Source of the DNA: Eukaryota sp. TZLM1-RC
Lineage: Eukaryota > Protista > Metamonada: BaSk clade
DNA length: 64,000 nt
Direction: 5' to 3'
Assembly (NCBI GenBank): GCA_040285825.1
Contig: JAUPSS010000008.1
Span: 1,240,001-1,304,000 of the forward strand
Shown: positions 38,575 to 48,545 of the stretch, in pieces
How the letters are laid out: each line of letters opens with the position of its first letter
How positions within the stretch are numbered: the stretch's first letter is position 1
Notes under the pieces: generated by a model
What the model was told of the DNA's origin: nothing
The model's input: the letters and a program-made list of their open reading frames with translations, nothing else
Database searches by the model: none
Program-made: the position numbers and the translations under genes

Positions 38575-38635
38575 TTTGTGTAATTATTCCACACAAAAAT
38601 TGATCGTGTATTTATGGGAATTTCCCCATTCAACA

Positions 38636-39301
38636 ATGAACACTTCTGATTCTTCGGATTCATCAGATTTTGACGATGAATTCCTTGCAGCCCTTGAAGA
38701 GGTTAGAAAATCTTCTACTTCGAACGATGTTTCTTCACTTGAACCTCCTCGAACCAAAAACGAGGTAGACAATAGTCTAGAAGACAATGAACTTAATCTC
38801 CCTTCAAATCCTTCACTTTTACCACTTGGGACTGTCCATAGTTATGTCCGCAACGCACTGGTAGTTCAAAGCTACCACAATGCACATCAATTCAACATTG
38901 GAGCAATTGTTGCTTGTCAGTTAGATACCAGTGTACTTCCCCTTGGCAAAGTATATGATGTTTTTGGCCCAATGGATCGTCCCTTTTATGCAATCCATGT
39001 TGTTTCTTCTTCTCTTACGGGTGACAATCTTACCTGGCAACAAGTTGGTACTGAGGTTATGGTCGTGGAAGATCCTGCCTTTATGGTATCTCTTACTGAA
39101 GTTCTTCCCACTCTAAAACAAGCAACAGATGCGTCAAACTTCCATGATGAGGAAGCCCCAGATCCCGAGTTTTCTGATGACGAGGAAGAAGCGTTGTGGA
39201 AGCTTGAACAGAAGCAGAGGAGACGTTTTGCAAATGTTGCCTCCAAGGAAGAACATGACATTAACCAGGATGTGTTTTATGTTATTCCATCAAGACCCTA
39301 G
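38636..39301 (+). CDS. NAF1: H/ACA RNP assembly factor NAF1
   Basis: Gar1/Naf1 domain PLGKVYDVFGPMDRPFY and NAF1-specific TDASNFHDEE...EFSDDEEE; ATG at 38636. Confidence 0.88.
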   Translation: MNTSDSSDSSDFDDEFLAALEEVRKSSTSNDVSSLEPPRTKNEVDNSLEDNELNLPSNPSLLPLGTVHSYVRNALVVQSYHNAHQFNIGAIVACQLDTSVLPLGKVYDVFGPMDRPFYAIHVVSSSLTGDNLTWQQVGTEVMVVEDPAFMVSLTEVLPTLKQATDASNFHDEEAPDPEFSDDEEEALWKLEQKQRRRFANVASKEEHDINQDVFYVIPSRP

Positions 39302-39381
39302 TTGTTCATTTATTGTTAGTTTGTTAGTCTTTTTTTGTGTAAATTAAGAATGGTAAAAATACAGAGTGTTTTATTCATAAA

Positions 39382-40143
39382 CTATTTTGTTTTTAATAAC
39401 GCCAAGGTTCTTTTATGAACATCAGAGCAATTCAGCATCTTGTTCATTCTTCTACTCTCATTAATAACAGAATCTGCCTGGTGAACAACAGTCGAAACAC
39501 TGCGAAAACAAGGACTTATCCGACCTGTGGAAAAGAAAGAAGGATCAGGAGTGGCTCCTCTACCCTCCCCTCCAGATAACAGACTGATAGAAGGTGCTGG
39601 TGATGAAGAAGAACATGGTGTTGGATTGTAAAGGAGCTCAGTCTTTGTTTGATGCTTAGACACCAGGAATTCATCCAAGTTGTGGGGCATTGTGCGTTTA
39701 ATGACAGGCGTGTTAGTGTTGAGTCGATGGTGTACATAATTGTAGTTTGGAGAAAGATGTGTCTCAGAATTTGAGGGTGAGTGGCTCTTTAGCATAGATC
39801 TCAAGTCTTGCGCTTCTTGGGACAAACGGGGACCTTTGGGAGGGGATTGTGGAACTTGGGGATCGTAGAAACAAGGACCGGGACTGTCGGGAGTAGGTTC
39901 AACTGTGACAGGAAGACGCTCCCTGTAAGAGTACCGGCGAATCTTGGTTTCGGGGGAGTGTTTGCTTTGCAGTTCATATTTAGGAGAATAGTGCGTTGAT
40001 GAGGGTGTGAATGGACTTTTGGGAGGAACGGGACTACGTTTGAATTTTGATCGAGTGAAAGAAGCACTTGAAAGTACATCAAACGGTTTCAGAGGTGACC
40101 TTGACTTTTGAGTGACAGGGGTGTGGAATCGTGACTCTGACAT
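39382..40143 (-). CDS. S/P-rich protein with a PGP-x-x-Y (SHIPPO/STPG-like) motif
   Basis: Intact ORF from ATG 40143; contains SPGPCFYDP. Confidence 0.5.
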   Translation of the reverse strand: MSESRFHTPVTQKSRSPLKPFDVLSSASFTRSKFKRSPVPPKSPFTPSSTHYSPKYELQSKHSPETKIRRYSYRERLPVTVEPTPDSPGPCFYDPQVPQSPPKGPRLSQEAQDLRSMLKSHSPSNSETHLSPNYNYVHHRLNTNTPVIKRTMPHNLDEFLVSKHQTKTELLYNPTPCSSSSPAPSISLLSGGEGRGATPDPSFFSTGRISPCFRSVSTVVHQADSVINESRRMNKMLNCSDVHKRTLALLKTK

Positions 40144-40630
40144 CAAATCATTAGCTAAGACTGTCACGATAACAGATATCTGAAGAGATAGTGAATCTGA
40201 TGAGTTTTGAGTTTTGACTTTTGGTATACAAAACTGTTTTCAGAAACTGTAATCATATTTACTCTACATCATACATTTTAGCCTTGAATAGCTTTGTACA
40301 ATGTTGATTTATTTATAGTTGTTAAGTTTATGTTTATTTATTTAAAGTTGTTAAGTTTACGTATATATAATATTGAACATAGACCATCAGTAATTGGAAC
40401 GGAATGTTCTACTAGGTTCTTAGGTTATGAGAGCTATCAACACCACAATCATCAAATCAACGCACTACAGTTTGAAACAAAATTAACATAAATTTTGAAT
40501 TTAAAATACAATTGGCTATTCCAAGAGTGGTAAAAATACGAGATCGATCAATTTGTCAGAAACTGAATTCATTAGAAACAGTTGAATCCCTAGTTGTATC
40601 ACTCATCAATTCCCTTCATTAAAAAACAAA

Positions 40631-42727
40631 TCAACCAAACAATTTCTTAATAATTTCCATACTTTTTTCCTTTGAAAGTTTAATGAGTTCTGGGGGTGTG
40701 GAGGTATCATCATCATGGCCAGTGTGCTTCAATACTCTTTTTGCCTTTTTTGAATTCAGAAAATTTCTAGTTTTCAAATCAGAAAAAACTTCAAAATCAT
40801 CAAATAATGTCAACTCAAATTCATTTTGATTGTCATCAACCAAGGTCAATGATTGAAAAGCTTGACTCTTGAAAGCTTGACTCTTGAAAGCTTGACTCTT
40901 GAAAGCTTGACTCTGCTGAGTTTGGGTTGGTTGAGTTTGTGGTAAATTGTCACTTTGGTAGAGTAGCAATTTGATACCTGATGAATCAGTGGTTGGTTCT
41001 TTGGAAATGAAGGTGACGGAATCCTCTTGAGGTCTGGAGTTTGTGTTCAAAATACTATCAGAAAATCTAGGATTAATTAAAGTTTTTTCCATTGCTCCCT
41101 GAGCAAGCCTGATTGTTTCTGAAGTATATGGATTAACAACGGTCGAATTTTGGTTATTCTGAGCCTCATCACAAATTACCCCATTATTTACTATTTCTTG
41201 ATTTTTAATTCTCTTTGTTTCTTTTTTAAGACATGGTGGTTTGACCAAGTAATTGGCCACTAGAGGTGCTTCATAGGGGGTTGCTTCCTGTAATTCAAGG
41301 CTCTCAACAGAATCACGGTTTGGTTGTTCAGCTGTTTTTGATTCAGTAGTACTTACCACTTTAGCAGTTATATCACTACTAAGAATAGACCCAGAAATTG
41401 TCCGAACCATACAATTACCATAAGGCAAGAATTCAGACATAGAATCCTCATACCTACAAGAATTATTTATTTCACAATATTTACTATAAGGTCTGGTCTG
41501 TGGATCAAACTTGAGATCAAACGGCCTGGAGACTTTCATTGGTGGAGGATTGATTTCTGACAAACGGAGATTTTCTATTTGATGGGATGACCTTTTTAAT
41601 CCAGCAATATTGATTTCTTCGCCTGAATAAGGAAAAGTTGCAGAAACTATCGACTTTTCCGATTCTGTATCGACTAAATCCTCTTCTCTGGGTTCCAAGC
41701 GTAATCGTTTGAGAGAAATTTTCCCATTAGTTCGCCTTTTCGATCCTGGTTGAACAATATTATTACAATTATAAGGGTAGTCGTCCTCACATCCAGAACT
41801 TAGTTCTTCTACTTCACCGGTAAACGGCGAAGAGACAAGCATGATTAAGTGCACCAAATATAAACAAATGGATCTGTTAATCAAATCACCAAATGGAAGT
41901 AATCTAAATAGACTTGTTCTATCCCTTTGCAACTTGGCTATCAAGTGACCAAACACTGTGCTAGTTTTAATACTACCTGAAAGCTTATCCATCCAAGGAA
42001 CAACAAAAGAAGAATTTGAATCACTTTTGATTAGACCCACACAATGATCATACGTTAACTTCCGCTTAAAAGGAGGAGGTACTAGGTGAAAACCTTCAAG
42101 CAGTTCACAGAGCTCCTCCACGACCTCAGGGGGTATCCAGTAATCAGTCTGTGAGTGAAGAATTGGCAATGTCTTGGTTGGTGGGGAAGTGAAAATTCCA
42201 GGTGGAGTGCATAGTGAAGAGGTAGTTGGTGACGTGGCATGAGCTGGTGCTTGCTTGGATTTTGTTGGATGTTGTGATTTTCTGAATGATATTCTTCTTT
42301 GTAGTCTCTTTACAATATTGTTTGGCTTGGAGTTAAACATACTGGATATCAATTTCTCAGAGTTGATTGTTTGAAAAGATAGTACAGAGTTTTTAGTTCT
42401 TTCTTTGGTAGTACTTTGAGCATTTTTGCGAGCATTGGGGTTGGAGGTAAGATGTGCGGTAGGGGTAGTGTTTTTGGTACATTCTACTTTTTGAGCACAT
42501 GCATGCCTGGGTACCGGACTTTGTTCTTGACATTTGCTCACTGTTTCAGAAGGATGGAGTGTTGTGCTTACAACGTTGAAAACGTCTGTGGCGATAGGTG
42601 GAGTATTTGATCGAGTGGTCAATGTAGGAAATGTTATAGAATGATCAGTTGAAGGCAGACCAAGTGACTCATTGTGTTCAACGATATTGCTAGGTTCCCA
42701 TAAGTCTGAGAACAGATCGTCATCCAT
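40631..42727 (-). CDS. Hypothetical protein (~698 aa)
   Basis: Long uninterrupted ORF; no recognised domain. Confidence 0.7.
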   Translation of the reverse strand: MDDDLFSDLWEPSNIVEHNESLGLPSTDHSITFPTLTTRSNTPPIATDVFNVVSTTLHPSETVSKCQEQSPVPRHACAQKVECTKNTTPTAHLTSNPNARKNAQSTTKERTKNSVLSFQTINSEKLISSMFNSKPNNIVKRLQRRISFRKSQHPTKSKQAPAHATSPTTSSLCTPPGIFTSPPTKTLPILHSQTDYWIPPEVVEELCELLEGFHLVPPPFKRKLTYDHCVGLIKSDSNSSFVVPWMDKLSGSIKTSTVFGHLIAKLQRDRTSLFRLLPFGDLINRSICLYLVHLIMLVSSPFTGEVEELSSGCEDDYPYNCNNIVQPGSKRRTNGKISLKRLRLEPREEDLVDTESEKSIVSATFPYSGEEINIAGLKRSSHQIENLRLSEINPPPMKVSRPFDLKFDPQTRPYSKYCEINNSCRYEDSMSEFLPYGNCMVRTISGSILSSDITAKVVSTTESKTAEQPNRDSVESLELQEATPYEAPLVANYLVKPPCLKKETKRIKNQEIVNNGVICDEAQNNQNSTVVNPYTSETIRLAQGAMEKTLINPRFSDSILNTNSRPQEDSVTFISKEPTTDSSGIKLLLYQSDNLPQTQPTQTQQSQAFKSQAFKSQAFKSQAFQSLTLVDDNQNEFELTLFDDFEVFSDLKTRNFLNSKKAKRVLKHTGHDDDTSTPPELIKLSKEKSMEIIKKLFG
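40853..40914 (-). repeat. 15-bp coding tandem repeat (SQAFK, about 4 copies)
   Basis: TTGAAAGCTTGACTC repeated head to tail. Confidence 0.9.
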
Positions 42728-43150
42728 CAACAAGTGGAAATTGAATGCAGGGAATTTTCCGAGTAATATGGATCTACACTACTACCTCCCTTCAATATCT
42801 CTACACGATCTCTTGATTAGCTGGTGTTTGTGATTTGACACTACAATGGCTGTTTCGTTTTTCTATTTTGAATACTGCAAATAAGCAGTATGAGTATCAA
42901 ACGAACTAAAATCGTTTATTCAAAATGCACAAGAAATGTAAATTCATACCAACGATTCGGTTGAATGAAGAAATTACAATTTTGAACAAAAATGAGACTA
43001 CAATAATCAAAAAATGTTGAAAACTTAGCAGTCAGAAAGTCCAATCAAAGTAAATGAGATTGAAACAACAATAAACTAAAGGTAACCAAAACTGCACCAA
43101 AAGTAAATCAAACAAAATAAAAACTATAAATCTATTTAAAATTAACTCAA

Positions 43151-46100
43151 TCAGCTGGGATGAATAAGTGGCCCAACATCAACAACACAGTTTTTTTCTT
43201 GACAATAATTAATCAACTCTTTCAATAAATAAGATTTACAAAGAAACTTTACTGAACCAATAAAAAAGAGTTTCCTTTTAGCTCTAGTGATAGCCACATT
43301 AATTCTTCTCCAATCAGGTAATAGTTTGCCAACTTCTCCTTCGTTGTTAGAGCGAACAAAGCTAAAGCAAACAACCTCAGACTCTGAACCTTGGAAAGCA
43401 TCAACAGAGTTAATGTTGATTGGAAAACGTGTTGCATTAGAAATGGCATGTGTAAGAGCTTCTATTTGGGCTCTATAAGGAGTGATTACTGCAATATTAG
43501 ATGTTGAACAACCAGATTTAAGCAAAGAGTTGACTAGGATTGAGGCAATTGCGGATTCTGTCTCATTTTTAATAGAATTATTTACAACTTCTTCAGTACT
43601 TGCTAGGGCATCGGTGTTACAGAAAACAACAGACACAGAAGGATTGAGAGCACTAACCGCCCAATGGAAAGGATTTGACTGAGAAAAGGCTTTAAAGTTG
43701 GGTAAGGAAAGAGTACTATTCGCAATAAATGAATCATTAGTCCTTAATTGATCTGAATAAATCAAAAAATTAGCCAAATTCGTTATTTCCTTATTCATTC
43801 TATATTGTAAAGGAAGTGAAACCACCGCATAAGGGTGGTTGGCTCCCAAGTAGCAGAATAGCGAGTCAAACGACTTGTAGGAGCTGATGTTACTAGTTCC
43901 AGAGGTTACAGAAGTGGAGGAAATTGGTGCCAACTGCAAATGATCTCCTACTAAAATAAATTTTTTTGCGAGGTTAATAGCACTGATTACCCCTGGAAAA
44001 TCAGTTTGGCTGGCTTCATCTACAATGACCACATCATACTCCAATGAGGACAGTAAAGAAGATCGACTACACTGGGCAAGGGTGGTCGCAATAACAGAAC
44101 AATTATTTAATCTTGCTTTTATTTGCTCTGGATCGCAGAGCCTGTGGACCAAAAAGGGACTGAATTTGTCCTCAAGCAAACCTTGAGAGTCATCAAATTT
44201 GAATCTGATTAGCCGGTATTTCAAGTTCTCATTGGTGCCAACTAAATCAATCAATTTACTAAAGACAGAGTTGACTGCAGCATGGGAATTTGAAGTCACC
44301 AAGATTCTACACTTTCGATCAAAAAGCATCAAGACAAGACAAATATGGGCTATAGTTTTGGACTTTCCAGTTCCGGGCATTCCAAAAATCAAAAAATAAT
44401 CCAGAAAAGTTAAAGCTCTGTAAACGGCGCTCAATTGATAATTATTTAAAACAGAAAGACTTAAATTTAAATCTGCAAGAGAGTTGAAAAGATCAAAATA
44501 AGGCTCGGCAACTGAAGTATCATTTTCGACAATCAGTTGTGAAAAGTCTTGAAAGGTCAAGTCATTAGAAAACTCTGGACGAGAAAGGGAAACTATCAAA
44601 GCCCGTTGCCTGACAGGGACAGTTAGAAACCTCATAAGTGAGCTGATTAAGAAAGAATTGTTGTCATTTGCGGAAGCTTGGTCAATCCTAAATTCAACAA
44701 AACCAAAATACTTTGAAATATTAGAAATAAAGTAATCATTAAACTGCATTGTGCATAATTGATTGGCAATAGGAAGGGGCAAAGGAAACTGGCCTTCAAT
44801 CAAAATGTCATCAGAAACTCTAATAACGTGACCGATTGACTGAGCAAGACCATTACGTTTCCAATCAAAATCAAAATCGCCTATTTTGACGACAGAAATC
44901 CAAATACAAGTTCCTGGAGGACAATCAAACTCCTCAGGCTTTGTGAATACCAATTCCCATTTAGAGTCAGTAAAGTCTTTAAAATTAAATACCCTTGACA
45001 AAGGTCTTGCTGAAATCAATTTACTGGATTGTGGTTGGATAGAGAACTTCCAGAAACAACTGTCTAAAGAAGAAACAGTCTGGTTCAAAGAGAGTGCAAA
45101 ATGATTGACGAAAAGGACTGTTTCTCCATCGGTAGCTGACCGTATTTGATTGACTGTTGACGTGAGACCTTCCAAATCCGGAATGGGCACACACTCCAAA
45201 GCAAGTCTTGATGTAGTGCACGCATCTTTGGAATAACAAGTTCTACAATTACCATTGATGGGAGGTAATTTAAAAGGGAAGGGATGATATAATGGAATTC
45301 TTGGTTTCAAATAGGACGCAATCATGCAGCGACAAGCGAGTAATGCACTGAGTTCTTGATATCTTGGTTCAATCAAATCAAAAGCTTGACTAGGGTTTTT
45401 AACCCCCAAATGGAGCAGGATAACTGAAGTTTCCATTGGGTTTAGTCCAAGAAAATCTGCAACCAAAAGTGAATACAGAAGAGATTGATTCAGATATGAT
45501 TGATTGACTTTAGGAACTAAATCACTATTGGTCAAATATCGTTGACTCGTCTTGACTTCTACAGGAAAACACTTGACTTTACTGGAAACTTTCTCTTGCT
45601 GAGTTTCTTCCACACTGCCTGAAATAACAACGTCTACTTTACCTTTTATTCCAAATATAGGGTTCCATATACGAGTTTCAGCACCAATAAATGAACAATC
45701 TTGGTCAAATTTGATTGAATTACCAGTTTTTTTCCCTAATTTTGATTCAATAATTCCGCCATTTTTAATAAAGTCAACCAAATTCCTGATACTTTTGAGC
45801 TGTTTACTCATCAAATCATGAACAAAACTCAATGATTCTTCACAAGCAGCCAAGGACAATGAATACTTGCCCAAAACAGAATCAATCACATCATCATCAA
45901 CAACTTGGGGGTTTAAAACTACCCATTGAAACACTTCATGTGACATTTGACCAAATAACATCGCAAAACTTTCATTATGACCGCTCAACAAACCATTCAG
46001 CACACTGCTGCGGAGACAACCATAAGGTTGGTTCATTACTGAAGAAATCAAAGTAACTGGGACTAAAACATCAGGGTCTGTGATTATATAAAGATTATTT

Positions 46101-46954
46101 GGTAAAGTTAATTCAAAACAATCCCCCACAAAATCTTTCCACGGCCAATCTTTGGTAGATTCTATTATTAAATACATATATTGCCCAGCAAACCACTCAA
46201 CGTCAAAGTAATAAGAAGAATCAGGAATTGTGAGAGAAACCAACCGCTCATTTACACCAAGAAAAAGTTTCATTTCGCAAATAGACTTTTCAATATCCAA
46301 AATTGTACCATCAACATACTTGAAACCAACAAAAGAGTAAAAAGAGTTTTTATTACCTAGTAAGCAATCTTTATCACCACTAGTCACTTGTGACGAAGTG
46401 ACTGTACCCATCCTTAATTGAGGGGGTTTGGGAAGAGGGGCGGCTGATGACCTTGGGAGAGTGGGAAGGCTAAGTTTTGGTTTCTTGGGTAGCAACTTGG
46501 CCTTTGGTAGAGAGCTTTGTTTGGGTAAGGAAGTCTGACTGGGTAAAGTGAGTTTTGGGGTGATATCGTTGGGGATTTTAGGAGGGAACAGTTTGCGAGA
46601 AGATTTTGGAAGAACCAACTTGGGTTTGGGTTGTGAAGGATTTGGTTGTTTAGAGGGTATCTTGAAGACTATGGGAGGGGGTGCCTGTGAGCTTGGAGGA
46701 GGATTGGATGGTATTGACGAGGACACTGATTCTTGTGAGGGTGGTGAAGGCGAAGAAGGACAAGATTGTTTTGCTGGAGGTTCATCTTTTTTAGATGAAC
46801 CAATGAGTTTAACTCCTTCAAATGCTTTTGAATGCGATGCTGCAGGACGTTTACGAGCACTACCATAATCATAGTCAACAGACACAGAACAAGGGGTTGA
46901 TTGAATCGGAGACAAAGTAGAAAAAGGGTCTGAAGACGAAGACGTCGAGGTCAT
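43151..46954 (-). CDS. DNA2: DNA replication ATP-dependent helicase/nuclease DNA2
   Basis: CLRSSVL, FGQMSHEVFQ, GIKGKVDV, PVEVKT, Fe-S cysteines CRTC...C; SF1 motifs GMPGTGKS, DEASQ, GDHLQL, QYRM, TPYRAQ, VDAFQGSE, RINVAITRAK. Confidence 0.95.
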   Translation of the reverse strand: MTSTSSSSDPFSTLSPIQSTPCSVSVDYDYGSARKRPAASHSKAFEGVKLIGSSKKDEPPAKQSCPSSPSPPSQESVSSSIPSNPPPSSQAPPPIVFKIPSKQPNPSQPKPKLVLPKSSRKLFPPKIPNDITPKLTLPSQTSLPKQSSLPKAKLLPKKPKLSLPTLPRSSAAPLPKPPQLRMGTVTSSQVTSGDKDCLLGNKNSFYSFVGFKYVDGTILDIEKSICEMKLFLGVNERLVSLTIPDSSYYFDVEWFAGQYMYLIIESTKDWPWKDFVGDCFELTLPNNLYIITDPDVLVPVTLISSVMNQPYGCLRSSVLNGLLSGHNESFAMLFGQMSHEVFQWVVLNPQVVDDDVIDSVLGKYSLSLAACEESLSFVHDLMSKQLKSIRNLVDFIKNGGIIESKLGKKTGNSIKFDQDCSFIGAETRIWNPIFGIKGKVDVVISGSVEETQQEKVSSKVKCFPVEVKTSQRYLTNSDLVPKVNQSYLNQSLLYSLLVADFLGLNPMETSVILLHLGVKNPSQAFDLIEPRYQELSALLACRCMIASYLKPRIPLYHPFPFKLPPINGNCRTCYSKDACTTSRLALECVPIPDLEGLTSTVNQIRSATDGETVLFVNHFALSLNQTVSSLDSCFWKFSIQPQSSKLISARPLSRVFNFKDFTDSKWELVFTKPEEFDCPPGTCIWISVVKIGDFDFDWKRNGLAQSIGHVIRVSDDILIEGQFPLPLPIANQLCTMQFNDYFISNISKYFGFVEFRIDQASANDNNSFLISSLMRFLTVPVRQRALIVSLSRPEFSNDLTFQDFSQLIVENDTSVAEPYFDLFNSLADLNLSLSVLNNYQLSAVYRALTFLDYFLIFGMPGTGKSKTIAHICLVLMLFDRKCRILVTSNSHAAVNSVFSKLIDLVGTNENLKYRLIRFKFDDSQGLLEDKFSPFLVHRLCDPEQIKARLNNCSVIATTLAQCSRSSLLSSLEYDVVIVDEASQTDFPGVISAINLAKKFILVGDHLQLAPISSTSVTSGTSNISSYKSFDSLFCYLGANHPYAVVSLPLQYRMNKEITNLANFLIYSDQLRTNDSFIANSTLSLPNFKAFSQSNPFHWAVSALNPSVSVVFCNTDALASTEEVVNNSIKNETESAIASILVNSLLKSGCSTSNIAVITPYRAQIEALTHAISNATRFPININSVDAFQGSESEVVCFSFVRSNNEGEVGKLLPDWRRINVAITRAKRKLFFIGSVKFLCKSYLLKELINYCQEKNCVVDVGPLIHPS

Positions 46955-47091
46955 TGCAACATCTCAAACAAAGAAGTAACTTAAAGGATAGTCTAAATTT
47001 TGCTCTTTCAAAGTCAGAAAAATCAAACGTGCCAGAATGTCATCACTTTTATTAGAGAACTTATCTAATTTGAAGGTATGGTTAAAAAACG

Positions 47092-48545
47092 ACGTAGCAA
47101 CCTTTTTAAAATAAACAGGACATTTTGCTGAAGTGAAAGCCTCATTAATCATCAATACTTCAAATCCATTTTAGTTCAGAAATTGAATCCATCCAATTCC
47201 TCCAGTAGGTCTGTGATGTTTCAAATTCTTGGAACCTTTTTTTACCATAATCACCCATTAGAATGAAAGTGTCTTTGGGATTGCGAAACTGCTGAACAAG
47301 GCTTTTTAACAACCAACTTTCAATCTTTTGCTTGTGAATAAAAGCTTGCAATTTATGAATGCTCCACAAGTCAAGACTGTAAAAGTCAATTGTCAAAAAG
47401 ACTTGCCGAAGATTGGCAACCGCAAAGTTGGAAAAATCTATAAAAGATGCTGAATTGGATTCAGCAATTCAGCAAACGCGGACAATTCGATGTTTGTATC
47501 TTCAATTGTCATTTCGTTAGACTCTATCATTTGGTTCCTGTCGTAATCTACCTCAGTGTACTTTGTAGCCCATCGTTTTGGTTTTCCATTCATCCTACTT
47601 TTCAAAGACCAGGACATCTGAGTCATTCTCAACCATTTGAATTTCTTGTCTTGATTCATCACCCGACTATTTCTTTGCTGTTCAGTTTCATGTTCAGGTA
47701 CCATGGCTAATTCTTGATCCGTTTTTTTACCCCCAAAATACAATAAATCACGTTTTCCAGGATCACAAACAACAATTTGTTTGTCTTGAAAAGTATCAAC
47801 ATCAACATCATCAATATAAAAATCAGAAATACTAGCCTTGTTGTCTCGCTTACATTTCTGACCTTGTAAATCCCGACGAACAAATTCCACTGCAATATAA
47901 AATCCATCTGTGGATAATGTTGTTGAATTTATAAATCTTTTGGTTGAACATTGGTTGGTTTAAATCTAGAATATTAGGCCAAAAGTCAGATTGCTCAGGT
48001 GGTTTGAATTTCGTAATTTGGGCTAGTGTATTGAACATTTTCAGTGTCTGTGTAGATGATAAATCATCAATTAATGTTTGGTTAACAATTCTCCATAATG
48101 TTCTTGTATCAATAGGAAAATATCCAGGGCCTACAGTGGTTGAAACAGAAAGAAATATGATAATGTTTTCTCTCTTTCTACTGGAGATTTATTGAGCAAT
48201 TGTAATTGCTGGTTTTAAGAATACTTCATGATCTTTTTCAACAGCGTCTGCAAGAAACTCTATATCCACTGGAAACATGATGTAAACTAAATTCTCGCCA
48301 GTGACCAAACTCTCAATTTGACAAATAATTGGTTCAATAAGACCTTCAAATATGTATCTAAGTTCATTATTTGTTGTATCATATTGTTCACATAAATCGA
48401 AAAATTCATCATTCAGAACGTCTGCAGTATTTTCAGGATGATGAAATAAAGAACTCAAGCAATCTCTATCATCTAAAAACAAGTTATTGAATTGACGAAG
48501 CCTAAATCTATATAGTGAAATAATTGTAGATAATGGCGTTGAGTA
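47092..48545 (-). pseudogene. Fanzor1 pseudogene, family B copy 2 (3'-truncated just after RuvC-II)
   Basis: Closely similar at nucleotide level to 37164-38355; VVCDPGKRDLLY, LMGDYG, INEAFTSAKCP; many frameshifts. Confidence 0.9.

Noticed and set aside
38537-38635. N-terminal extension of the NAF1 ORF as a Fanzor-NAF1 fusion
   Set aside because: It starts at GTG in a different frame from the Fanzor C-terminus; ATG 38636 is the plausible start
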